The translations under genes were made by a program, and so were the position numbers. DNA of 62,944 bases, filler included, from Octopus bimaculoides (taxonomy: Eukaryota): assembly GCF_001194135.2 (NCBI RefSeq). It is 5 parts of 3 records of this genome, joined end to end, with 100 filler letters (N's around TTAATTAATTAA, not from the genome) between each part and the next. Parts side by side here need not be neighbours in the genome. Positions count along the whole stretch, not along the records: positions 1 to 14,726 come from NC_068982.1; positions 14,827 to 23,356 come from NC_068982.1; positions 23,457 to 31,053 come from NC_068994.1; 2 more parts are not named here. The stretch is one strand, 5' to 3'. Under the pieces are notes generated by a model. It was not told the origin of the DNA. It did not search any database and saw nothing but the letters and a program-made list of their open reading frames with translations. Below are positions 13,048 through 23,660 of this stretch, piece after piece. Position 1 is the first letter of the stretch, and the number at the start of each line of letters is the position of its first letter.

Positions 13048-13559
13048 ACACATACATATATACATACATACATACATACATACTTATATCTACTATACAC
13101 AATTTTCAACTCGTGATTACCTGTGTGTACGTTTGTAAATGTGTGTGTGACGTCCTGTAACTATCTGTGTCTCTACTTTTGTAGGATCTTTCCTGTGGCT
13201 GTCACATATTGTGAAATTTCAAAATTACGTCAAAATTTTCAAATTTGGTATATTGAAATAATTTTCCACGTTAAATCCGATTTTGTTATTTATTTGTTCC
13301 TGAAAAATTGCAGAAAAATGTTACTGAGGTTTAAAGTTTAATCAATTTTACCTAATCAGAAAACAGGATTTGGAAGCTGGAATTTTCTGCATGATAGCTG
13401 TCTATCACACAATGAAAGCAAAATCATTAGGAAGAAGAATTTTTATTAAACAAACAAAAGCAAAGCATTACGACGACCAAAGTTGTGAGAACTTCTGCAG
13501 TTTTAATAAGTTTTAATGAATAACGTCATGTGAAACGGTCGAACAGACATGTAAATAAT

Positions 13560-14250
13560 TTAAAAAGGAAGAAAATCCTCAACAAAGATCTTTCGCGAAA
13601 AATTGCACAAATCTGTCCTGACGTGACGAAGGAAGACTATCACTGACCATTGCCCATGCTAAATGTTAGCAATGCCCGTGCATGAGGTTAGTGCATCCGC
13701 AGTCGGATTCACTCGGGTTCGCGCCTGTGACTTCTATGTTCGCACTGCCCTCGAACTCGACCAGGCATTGGATAGTTGCCTCGCCGTCGAATGCGCAGCC
13801 TAAAATCTTAGTTATAATAAGGTTTGCACAACACCTCACAGACTCTCTCCACCCTACTGACATGATCCAGAGACAAGCCAAGGCGAGATATCTAGTGCCA
13901 ATATGGATCGCAGGCTCAAAGCAAAAGATCCCCAAAATGTTGAATGCCATTCCCCGCATATCTGACTATTATATCAGAGTGACGTTCCAGAGACATGCTT
14001 TAACAAAAACTAATGGGTACCCCACTCCGAGTAGTCTTCCAGTATGTCAGACACCAACACGGAATTTTTGAAGGCCTGTGCTATTGCTAAATAGTCGTTG
14101 AACCTACACTAGGTTAATCTGTCCTTTTGATAGGGCCCGCTTTTAGTCCTGCTGGGGTTCTAGAAACTGTCCTCACCAGGCAAGCTTAGTGGGGCTGACG
14201 ATTTAGTCGCTGACGACCTGACCATGCAAGAGGTTGTTACTAGATCCTAT
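13560..14250. other. Unclassified CpG-rich, higher-GC segment, probably a retroelement fragment
   Basis: Abrupt rise in GC/CpG relative to flanks. Short ORFs on both strands have no motif I recognise. Confidence 0.35.
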
Positions 14251-14387
14251 GTTGCCTGCAGCACTGAGACACCACACAACTGACTTGGCATATATGTATA
14301 TATATATACATACCTATGTATGTATAAACATGTATTGATATTTATAAATATATTTAAATGTGTGTGTGTGTATGTGTGTATATGAAT

Positions 14388-14726
14388 GTATGTTGTTGTT
14401 GGCACTCCGTCGCTTACGACGTCGAGGGTTCCAGTCGATCCGATCATCGTGAAATTAACGTGCAAGTGGCTGAGCACTCCACAGACACGTGTACCCTTAA
14501 CGTAGTTCTCGGGGATATTCAGCGTGACACAATGTGACAAGGCTGGCCCTTTGAAATACAGGTACAACAGAAACAGGAAGAAAGAGTGAGAGAAAGTTGT
14601 GGTGGAAGAGTACAGCAGGGTTCGCCACCATCCTCTGCCGGAGCCTCGTGGGTCTTTAGGTGTTTTCACTCAAAAAACACTCACAACGCCCGGTCTGGGA
14701 ATCGAAACCGCGATCCTATGACCGCG
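14388..14726 (-). mobile_element. SINE family C, head cut by assembly gap, internal deletion
   Basis: Near-identical to 12657-13010 apart from loss of the 'caacggaacagcctgct' segment. Confidence 0.9.
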
Positions 14727-14770
14727 NNNNNNNNNNNNNNNNNNNNNNNNNNNNNNNNNNNNNNNNNNNN

Positions 14771-14782
14771 TTAATTAATTAA
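14771..14782. other. Assembly gap spacer TTAATTAATTAA (also 23401-23412, 31098-31109, 35846-35857)
   Basis: An identical 12-mer with stops in all six frames sits between N runs four times, indicating an artefact. Confidence 0.9.
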
Positions 14783-14826
14783 NNNNNNNNNNNNNNNNNN
14801 NNNNNNNNNNNNNNNNNNNNNNNNNN

Positions 14827-15474
14827 TTATATGTATGTGTTGTTGCGTTTTCGATTTTTGGGTAGAGCACTGCTGTGAAATAAGCGTGTATGATCGAAAT
14901 GTATTCCTCACGTGTCCATTTATGCCGTTTTGGTTTTGTTTGCGTGATATGAGGAACAACGTCCGGCCCTTTATTTTGACGGTCATCGTTTTCGTAGGGT
15001 ACCGGTTCGTTCATTTCTGTTGTCAGATTGTTTTGCTCGTTCAGATCTTCGTACTTTTTGCGTAATAAGCTTACAGTACGCACTTCTCGGTTGTTATTCT
15101 TGGGTGGAATAATACCGGTGTTATTTAATCTGTTTGTAATTTTTTTGTACATGGTGTTTGGGTTTGGAGATGGTATGATTTTGATGTAACGATCGCTGTG
15201 CGGGTAGTGGAGGTATCAAGTTAAAATACATCATTATATTTGGAAAAATAGAAATAAATTTCAACGAGTATTACTTACTCGGATATAGTCCAACCCTTTG
15301 TCAGCTATTTTTTGGCTCCATGCGATGTCTTTATTTCCGATGTTTTTGGATAAATTTCGGAGCAGTGATTTATCGTTCTCACATGTTAAACATCCCCGGT
15401 GTAGTCTCTTTACATGTTAAACATCCCCGGTGTAGTCTCTTACATGTTAAACATCCCCGGTGTAGTCTCTCTCT
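14827..15474 (-). mobile_element. 5' part of a Dong/R4-like non-LTR retrotransposon (5' UTR plus ORF N-terminus), cut by gap
   Basis: Minus ORF has ..TKPKRHKWTREEYISIIHAYFTA.., resembling the R.KWT.EE N-terminal motif of R4/Dong-type ORFs. The 5' end abuts a (TAA)n tract. Confidence 0.6.
15381..15470. repeat. Three tandem copies of a ~30-bp unit (acatgttaaacatccccggtgtagtctctt)
   Basis: Units start at 15381, 15412 and 15442, with no spacers. Confidence 0.95.
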
Positions 15475-15565
15475 ATTATTATTATTATTATTGTAACCTT
15501 CGTCCTGTCTTTGTCCTTATATGTTTTTAATTGATATTAGCCCTTGTGGCCAATAAAACGAATTA

Positions 15566-15613
<48 letters not shown>

Positions 15614-15614
<1 letters not shown>

Positions 15615-15830
15615 GGCAGCGAGCTGGCAGAAACATTAGCACGCCAGGCGAAATGCTTAGCGGTATTTCGTCTGTCTTTACGTTCTGCGTTCAGATTCTG
15701 CTGAGGTTGACTTTGTCTTTCGTCTTTTCGGAATCGATAAATTAAGTACCAGTTGTGTACTGCGGTCGATCTAATCGATTGGCACCCCTCCCCAAAAATT
15801 TTGGGCCTTGTACTTAGAGTAGAAAAGATT
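15614..15830 (+). mobile_element. tRNA-derived SINE family B within (TAT)n
   Basis: 'aggcagcgagctggcagaaacattagcacgccaggcgaaatgcttagcggtatttcgtc..' with tail '..gtagaaaagattatt(att)n'. Confidence 0.85.
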
Positions 15831-15854
15831 ATTATTATTATTGTTATTATTCCA

Positions 15855-15969
15855 CCAAGGTTGACTTTCCTTTTGTCTTTTGGGATCAATAAATTAAGTA
15901 CCAGTTGAGTACTGGGGTTGATGTGATCAACTGTCTCCCTCCCCATAAAATCCTAAAGTAGAAAAGATT

Positions 15970-15970
<1 letters not shown>
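15855..15970 (+). mobile_element. SINE family B, 5'-truncated
   Basis: Repeats the 3' half of 15614-15830 and has the same (ATT)n tail. Confidence 0.8.
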
Positions 15971-16000
<30 letters not shown>

Positions 16001-16012
16001 CTATTATTACTT

Positions 16013-16370
16013 TTGAGTGAGAGAGCAGTGCATACCATCAAAGTAACTCTGGAGTAAAATATATGAAACCCAGTATACCCATCATGACTACCCATTTGAT
16101 TAGGGTACACGAGGCGTATGCATCACAACCTTATGTGTATGATATGGTGATCTCATATCAAGATAAACAGTGCATGATCTTGCAGGTGGAGAACTGTTTA
16201 TCTTGATATGAGATCACCAATTTGCGTACATGTGGTTGTGATGCATGTGCCTGGTGTACCCTTATCAGATAGGTAGTTATGATGGGTATACTAAGCTTCA
16301 TATATTTGTATCCCAAATATATGAAGCTTTGATGTGTCACTTTGATGGCAAGCACTGCTCTCTCACTCAA
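16013..16370. mobile_element. Fold-back (palindromic) MITE-like element
   Basis: Termini ttgagtgagagagcagtgc / gcactgctctctcactcaa. Arms are complementary along most of their length, with a perfect 27-bp inner stem. An orphan terminus also occurs at ~17085-17120. Confidence 0.85.
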
Positions 16371-16379
16371 TAATGATAA

Positions 16380-16735
16380 TCCTTTCTACTCTAGGTATAA
16401 AGTCTGAAATTTTGTGGAAGGAGTCTAGTTGATTAAATTGACCCCATTGGTCCTTATTTTATTGAATCTGAAAGGATGAAAGGTGAAGTTGACCTCAGCT
16501 GAATTTGAACTCAGAACATCAAGCTAGAAGAAATGCCATGAAATGTTTGGTTTCTGATTTCGGCATAAGGCCAGCAGTTTTGAGAGGCGGGGTGGGGGGC
16601 TAGTTGATTATATTGGATACTTTGATTGCTGCTTTATTGACCCCCCAGAGGGAAGGAAGGTATTTGGGCTCAGAACTAGAAGAAATACTGCAAGGTATTT
16701 TGTTCAATGCTCAACCGGTTCTGCTTAATTATTGC
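16380..16735 (-). mobile_element. Two degenerate SINE family B fragments
   Basis: Reverse-complement matches to family B at ~16380-16545 and ~16570-16735. Confidence 0.7.
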
Positions 16736-17030
16736 CTAGAATCGGAAATACTGTTTATATCATTATTATGCTTCGATCAGTTTGATAGCTGATCGTTATG
16801 AGGTGCCTTATTCTTTGGTAGTTACATAAAAATAGAGTCTCTATCCCCTCTATATGACAACCTCTCCAGAAAGGTTGGTCTTCTAGTCACAGAAGCCAAC
16901 AAAAATCAAAATGTTCAAACATGATGTATGTAGGTCCCAACTCTGTCGTGTCTGTGAATATATTCCTTCTTAGCCAGGACTGGGCAGCCAGAGATAATAT
17001 GGTTTATTGTTTCTTGTCCATCGCCTATTT

Positions 17031-17082
<52 letters not shown>

Positions 17083-17899
17083 TTTTGAGTGAGTGAGCAG
17101 TGCATGCCATCAAAGTAACTTCCAACTTGTCTAGGGCTGCAGTAAATTGGAATAAGATCTAATTAATGCTGTGATGAACAACCTAACCCAAGCCAGCATG
17201 ATAGTCAGAAGTTAAATGGTGATGGTGATGATGATTATGATGATGCTGTTGCTGCTACCACTGCTGCTGTTGCTGCTGCTGCTGCTGATGATGATGACGA
17301 TGACAATGGTTGGAGTAAGCTTGTGGTGGTAGTGGTGGTGATGGTGGTGTAGGTTTAAAAGTCAGAATAAAGGAACACTGTATAATCTTAATTAGATAAG
17401 AAGCATCTAAATCTGGAACGGCTGAATAAAATATGGTGTGCAAAATGGAACCAAACACTGACAAGAAATGAAATTCCTATGAATACTTAGAAAAAAATCA
17501 CTCAAGTAGTACATATAGCACTTAAGTCAACCACTGACAGTAGCTTAGTATGATGGTTTTAGAAAAAAAAATGTGTTTAGATCGTCTGAAAGTATACCAT
17601 TAAATGTAGACGTGGAAAATGATAATGGTAGATAAATTACGAATGAATAAGATTTGTGATAAGATAGAAATGGAAAAGCATCATGGTCTTTTTCTCAGCG
17701 TTTTTTAATGTACACTTTTCTGTGCGTACATGGATTAATCGAAATTTATCGAGGTAGATTTTTCTGTGGCCGGATGCCTTTCCTGTTACCAACATTCCAC
17801 CTTTCCCTGTGCCCAGGAGGATTAAAAATGAAGGATACCACTTGCATGGCAGTGACAGTGACACTTGCTTACAATTTCCAAAGTGATATCAAAGTACTT

Positions 17900-18085
17900 T
17901 TATCTTTGTTCTTCACTTATGGCCATGCTGGTGCACCTCCTTTAAGAATTTTTAGTCAAATGAATTGATCCCAGTACTTAATTCTTTTTTTAACCTGATA
18001 CTTATTCTATCAGTATCTTTTGCCACACTACTAAGTTATGGGATGTAAACACACCAACACTGGTTGTCAAGGGGCGATAGGAGAC
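17900..18085 (-). mobile_element. SINE family A, 3' half
   Basis: 'ggccatgctggtgcacc..cttattctatcag..gtaaacacaccaacactggttgtcaag' is the reverse complement of the family A tail. Confidence 0.75.
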
Positions 18086-18109
18086 AAACAAAAAAATATA
18101 TATATATAT

Positions 18110-18372
18110 GTGGAGGAACATGGCCTAGTGGTTAGATCAGTGGACTCGTGGTCAAGGGATCATGGGTTCGAATCTCAGACCCGGTGATGTGTATGTTTAT
18201 GAGCAAAACACCTAAGCTCCACGCAGCTCTGGCAGAAGACTGAAGATAATGGCGAACTTCTGCTGACTTTCGCCACAACTTTCTCTCACTCTTTCCTCCT
18301 GCATCGAGCAGCTCACCTGCGACGGACCAGTGTCCTGTCCAGGTGGGGAACCTATACACCAATGAAACGGGG
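18110..18372 (+). mobile_element. tRNA-derived SINE sharing head with family C but with a different 3' part
   Basis: GTGGAGGAACATGGCCTAGTGG and GGTTCGAATCT boxes. Shares 'acacctaagctccacg..acaactttctctcactct' with family C, then diverges to 'gcgacggaccagtgtcctgtccagg..gaaacgggga'. Confidence 0.75.
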
Positions 18373-18375
18373 AAG

Positions 18376-18540
18376 CTGTGGGGTGGTTGGCATTAAGAAG
18401 GGCATTCAGCTGTAAAAACTATGCCAAAACAGAAACGGTAACCTGGGGTAGTCTTCTACCTGGCCAGCTCCTGTCAAACCGTCTAACCCATGCCAGCGTG
18501 GAAGGTAGACGTCAAACGATGATGATGATGATGGTCATCA
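18376..18540 (+). mobile_element. RTE LINE extreme 3' tail with (GAT)n
   Basis: '..aacccatgccagcgtggaaggtagacgtcaaacgatgatgatg' matches the terminus of the 431-1490 element. Confidence 0.75.
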
Positions 18541-18939
18541 TCATCATTAAAATCTCAAAGCTACATGAGGATGTATGCTTGATTCAAAATGGAGCGAATA
18601 AATAAATATTAGATTTGACAGAATAATCTCATTACTGAAGGGTCAAAGAAAATAATGAAGTGAAGGATAAACAGAGGAAAAAAGCCCCCAAAATGAAGAA
18701 TGAGACTACAATCTGATGGTGCTACTAAAGCAAATATCTTAGGGACATCTGTTAAATTAAGAAAAGATGACTGAATATATTTTGGCTGGTGAAGCATATC
18801 CATCACTCTGAACCATCAGGGACAGATGGAAACCTAATATTCATGTCACACAAGAAAAAAAAAAATAGTCGCAATAGATATAGAAATAAAATAGCTTAAA
18901 AAAGAAACAGACAAACTGAATTATAAAGGCAACCGCCAC

Positions 18940-19132
18940 ACATACATACTGCTATACATACACATATACATGTTATTATTGTGACATACACAATATTACA
19001 CATAAAGACTACTACTTACACACATGCCAAAGCTTACACACATCACAAATACTGTTATATATACAAATTCTGTTGTATACACATACACATATCATTACTA
19101 TCACATATGCTATTATGTACATATACAACACT

Positions 19133-19170
<38 letters not shown>

Positions 19171-19745
19171 ACAACCATTGTCATATATACGAACACACTC
19201 ACATGAACACACTACTATATACATACATGCCACCACTTTTACGGACACCACAAACACACACAAATACACACACATGCACACTCACATATGCACACCACTG
19301 TAAACAATGTGACCACTATGATGTACACCAAACATCCATACATACCACCACTACCAGCAGCAGTAACAGCAGCAGCACTACCACCACCACCACAACCTCC
19401 ACCACTGGACATACACAAAAAAAGACATTATCAAATAGAGAACCACACACAAACATTACTATACACATACATGTTACCACTGTTACATAAATCACACACA
19501 CTATTATACACAGTGCTACCACAATCACATACATCATATGTACACACACACCCCATCACCACCACCAAACACACAAAAAAAACGACCAAGTATACAACTA
19601 TGCACACCCCTATTACTATATACTCATACATGTTGATACTACCACAAATAACATCCACAAACACAAACACCACCATATACACACATGCAGCTATAATCAC
19701 ATCTACTACAACACATGTGGTTTTCATACACATTATACATGACTT
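18940..19745. repeat. Degenerate (CA)n/(CAT/CAC)n low-complexity region
   Basis: C/A-rich composition produces spurious T/H-rich and V/C-rich ORFs. Confidence 0.85.
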
Positions 19746-19748
19746 ACT

Positions 19749-20127
19749 GTGGAGGTGCAATGGCCCAGTGGTTAGGGCAGCGGACTTGTGGTCATAGGAT
19801 CACAGTTTCAATTCCCAGACCAGGCATTGTGAGTGTTTATTGAGCGAAAAGACCTAAAGCTCCACGAGGCTCCGGCAGGAGATGGTGGCGAACCCTGCTG
19901 TACTCTTTCACCACAACTTTCACTCTTACTTCCTGTTCTTTTGTGCCTGTAATTCAAAGGGTCAGACTTGTCACACTGTGTCACGCTGAATATCCCCGAG
20001 AACTACGTTAAGGGTACACGTGTCTGTGGAGTGCTCAGCCACTTGCACATTAATTTCACGAGCAGGCTGTTCCATTGATCGGATCAACTGGAACCCTTGA
20101 TGTCATAAGCGACGGAGTACCAACAAC
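19749..20127 (+). mobile_element. SINE family C, full-length, with 14-bp target-site duplication
   Basis: Flanked by identical atacatgacttact at 19735-19748 and 20128-20141. Pol III A/B boxes and a (CAA)n tail are present. Confidence 0.92.
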
Positions 20128-20229
20128 ATACATGACTTACTAGAAATAGAAGACAACTCCCTGCCAAAAGGAAGGACACATCAGACAATGAAGGTTTTGA
20201 TATACAAAAAGACTGTATGGTCATGGATG

Positions 20230-20665
20230 AAGTTTTAGAAGAGAGAGAGATCCAGGAAAACACGGGATGAAGTATTAAAGGCTGATCTCAAAACGTTGAG
20301 CCTTATGAAGGACATGACAGAGGACCAAGATATGTAGCACATTGCTGTCCTCAAGAAAACCCACTCAACCATAACAGAAATGAGATCCTAAAACTAAGGT
20401 GCCATGTAAAGAGCATTGGTATGAGTGCTAGTGCCATGTGAAATGTATTGGAGTTCGTGCCACTTAAAAAGCACAGGTGATGGTGCCATATAAAAAGTAC
20501 CCAGTACACATGAAGTGGTTTGCTTTAGGAAAGGGCATCTAGTTGTAGAAAACATGTCAAAGCAGACTATGGAACATAGCATTGCCCTTGGCCTTGCTAG
20601 TTTCTGCCAAGCCATCCAACCCATGACAGCATGGAAAATGGACGTTAAATGTTGATGATGACTAT
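20230..20665 (+). mobile_element. RTE LINE 3' fragment
   Basis: ..KTRDEVLKADLKTLSLMKDMTEDQD.. followed by the RTE 3' UTR and gatgatga tail. Confidence 0.75.
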
Positions 20666-21136
20666 CTGATTGAATGTTCCTGTGGTCTTTCAACTGTAGG
20701 AGCAATTAATCAGGTTGACCTGGGACTAAACTACAACATCAGCAATACAAATATGCTAAGGTTACCACTAACACTCATATTACACATGTGAACCATATGT
20801 TCTTTAATTCTGTTAGTGTCTTTCCTCAAACCACTACTCCCTGAAACTCACTACCATCAGCTTGTTTTCCTCTGGTCTGTGATATTCAATCCTTTACGCT
20901 TTCTGTCTTTAGACATTTTTTTGAATTTGTAGGCCCTTTCTTTTTTCTTCTTTGCAATCCCTTATGCTACAGTAGGAACAAACCTTGTTTAGGGCAAGAC
21001 TGTACAAAAAAACAAAAGAAAGAAAAAGAAAACAAATTCATTACATCAATACATACCCGCAGATACATACACATCTGTCATCACTCAAACACATATACTA
21101 GACCCTATACATGCATACATACATACATACATGCAT

Positions 21137-21385
21137 ATAGGTGCAGGTGTGGCTATGTGGTAAGAAGCTTGCTTCTTAACCACATGGTTCTGGATTCAGT
21201 CCCATTGCATGGCACCTTGGGGAAGTATCTTCTACTATAGCCTTGGGCTGACTAAAGCCTTGTAAGTGGATTTGGTAGACTGAAACTGAATGAACTGTTT
21301 GTGTGTATCTGTGCTTGTGCCCCTATCATTGCTTGACAACTGATGCTAGTGTGTTTGTGTCCCCGTAACTTAGTGGGAACATAAA
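21137..21385 (+). mobile_element. SINE family A (3'-truncated)
   Basis: Head 'ggtgtggctatgtggtaagaagcttgc..ggattcagtccc' as at 6023. Confidence 0.85.
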
Positions 21386-21981
21386 TAAAAGAATAAATAT
21401 GCTAGAGCAGTCACTGCCTATTGACAAACATCAATATTTATTTCCCTTAAGCATGAAATTTAAATTTTGTGAAATTAATACTTGATTTCATGAAATTATC
21501 TCCCCTATTTTTTGAGAGCTGTTAACAGTTGCCACTAAGTTTTTGTTTTCTTTCTCCAACTCAAAGGCAAATTTCTGCTGATTTAGAATATTTTTGTGTA
21601 ACCCCCATCTACTAGAATTAAGCATATAAAAACCGACTGTTTGAAAACAAGATGGGTACTTTGAGAGAAATGAGAAGAAATCACATGAGTGCAACACATT
21701 TTTTTTATGTGAATGACCAAATAATAGAGACATGAATAATAACTAAATTCTTCACTGACTAAACCAACCAATATAGTGTCAGAACCAGTAAAAAAGTGAG
21801 TATTAGTGGCAGTGGTGGTGGTGGTATTTGCAAGAGGAGGAGGACAATAATGATAATGATTTTATTTCCTGTTTAATTAATTTACAATTTCATTACAGTT
21901 TACCTTGTTAAACTACCATAGCATTTCCCTATTAAGTGAAAATAATTACAAATATTACATCTATGTTTATTTTTAATGCAG

Positions 21982-22154
21982 GTAAAAAATATTGGATAGC
22001 TGATAACCGCGAAAAAGATGACTCTCTTTCTGTATTAACAACTGCTTATTCACTCTTAAGTAGAAACCAACATGATAACATAACAGAAGCAGAACCCATC
22101 TTCAAATGGCTGATGTTACAAAGTAACAAAAACAGAATTTTCAATTCTACTAAG
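21982..22154 (+). CDS. Exon of a thioester-containing protein family gene (CD109/alpha-2-macroglobulin/TEP-like, TED-domain C-terminal part)
   Basis: Acceptor ttttaatgcag| and donor AAG|gtaagc, phase 1 to phase 0. Encodes GKKYW..DDSLSVLTTAYSLLS..EAEPIFKWLMLQSNKNRIFNSTK, aligning by eye to the family pattern G..yW..vE.tAYALL....PIvrWL..QrN..GGF.STQ. Confidence 0.8.
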
Positions 22155-22559
22155 GTAAGCTGTTCACTGACATGTGACATAAATTTTGATTGAAAGGATG
22201 TTTGTGGATTGGCAAACATCAAGCTATGTTTAGTACCTGTTATGATGTGGGTATACATGTCTGGTGTAAAATGGTATTGCACAAATATATCGTTGGTTGT
22301 GGTTATCTAAAAATAACCTATTGCAGAAAAATGTTAACAAAGAATGCACTCCGTATTACTCGAATGTAGGTATGATACTCAGTATTCAGAGTTCTACTAC
22401 CAGCTGTTAACCCAATACACATTGAATTAACACGGAGAACTAGCAAGGTTGAACTAATATCATCAAGTACCCCACTGACAGTTCACTGAGTTCTTATTTA
22501 TTGTAATCAGTTGTCCATCTTCAGTCACGTGGGGGTGTTCAGGTTTCTCCCATAACAGT

Positions 22560-22750
22560 ACTAGTACCATGTAAAAAGCATCCAGTATATTCAATAAAGT
22601 GGTTTGCATTAAGAAAGACATCCAGTTGTAGAAACCCTACCAAAGGAGACTCTAGAGCCAGGCACAATTCTTTAGCTTTCCAAAACCTGTTGAACCATTC
22701 AACACATGCCAGTAATGAAAACGGATGTCAAATGGTGGCGGTGGTAACGG
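22560..22750 (+). mobile_element. RTE LINE 3' UTR fragment
   Basis: 'gtaccatgtaaaaagcatccagta..catccagttgtagaaacc..aacggatgtcaaatg'. Confidence 0.65.
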
Positions 22751-23546
22751 TAATGGTTTATGCTAACAACTCTGCTTTGATTGGTATCGTATTAGGTCCT
22801 TGACAAACTAATTTGAATTTCCTCTCATGAATTTATTTTCCCTGACATATCACATCTATTTTGAGCCAGTAAAGAAGCCTATATCGGATCATTGAAAATA
22901 ATAGCCACATATTCCTCAAAAAAGATCCTATCATATTAAATAAGAAAAGGACATTGGACTAACCTGTTTCTATATATTGCTAAGCTAACTGGAGTGTCAT
23001 GTCTGGAATGCCTTTGGTAGATGGAATCTCAAAGAAGCTCATATATATATATATATGCGAGTAAAAATAAATACAAAAAAAGGTGGATTTTTTTGTATGA
23101 TTGTGTATAGAGGAATATATTATTTTGCTTAAAAGAGTTCCAACACTGTCTGTTTTTTATGTTTTATTTATATTCCTGCAGAACTAATGTGGGGTATAAA
23201 ATATGGAATATACAATATATAATATAATATACAATATATAATATAAAATAAAATAAAAATGGATGGCACCATGAAATAAAGTATTGAATGTAGATGAAAT
23301 ATTGAGTGTTCAATATAAAGGATCAAATATATAAATATATAAATATAAATATATATNNNNNNNNNNNNNNNNNNNNNNNNNNNNNNNNNNNNNNNNNNNN
23401 TTAATTAATTAANNNNNNNNNNNNNNNNNNNNNNNNNNNNNNNNNNNNNNNNNNNNGGTTTGGAAGCAAGCCTCTTAACACGCAGCCGCTCTTGTATGTA
23501 TGCGTGTGTATGTATATATACATATATATATTATTTTAGCATTGTC

Positions 23547-23579
<33 letters not shown>

Positions 23580-23593
23580 TATATGTGTATGCG

Positions 23594-23660
<67 letters not shown>

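Noticed and set aside
14160-14225. Hammerhead from GAAA plus two CTGACGA motifs
   Set aside because: There is no consistent stem II or stem III pairing and no properly placed NUH.
14771-14782. Recurrent TTAATTAATTAA palindrome (4 sites) as a biological motif
   Set aside because: It always sits between N runs and has stops in all frames, so it is an assembly spacer.
15381-15470. CRISPR-like array of ~30-bp repeats
   Set aside because: The repeats are directly adjacent with no spacers, there are no cas genes, and the context is eukaryotic.
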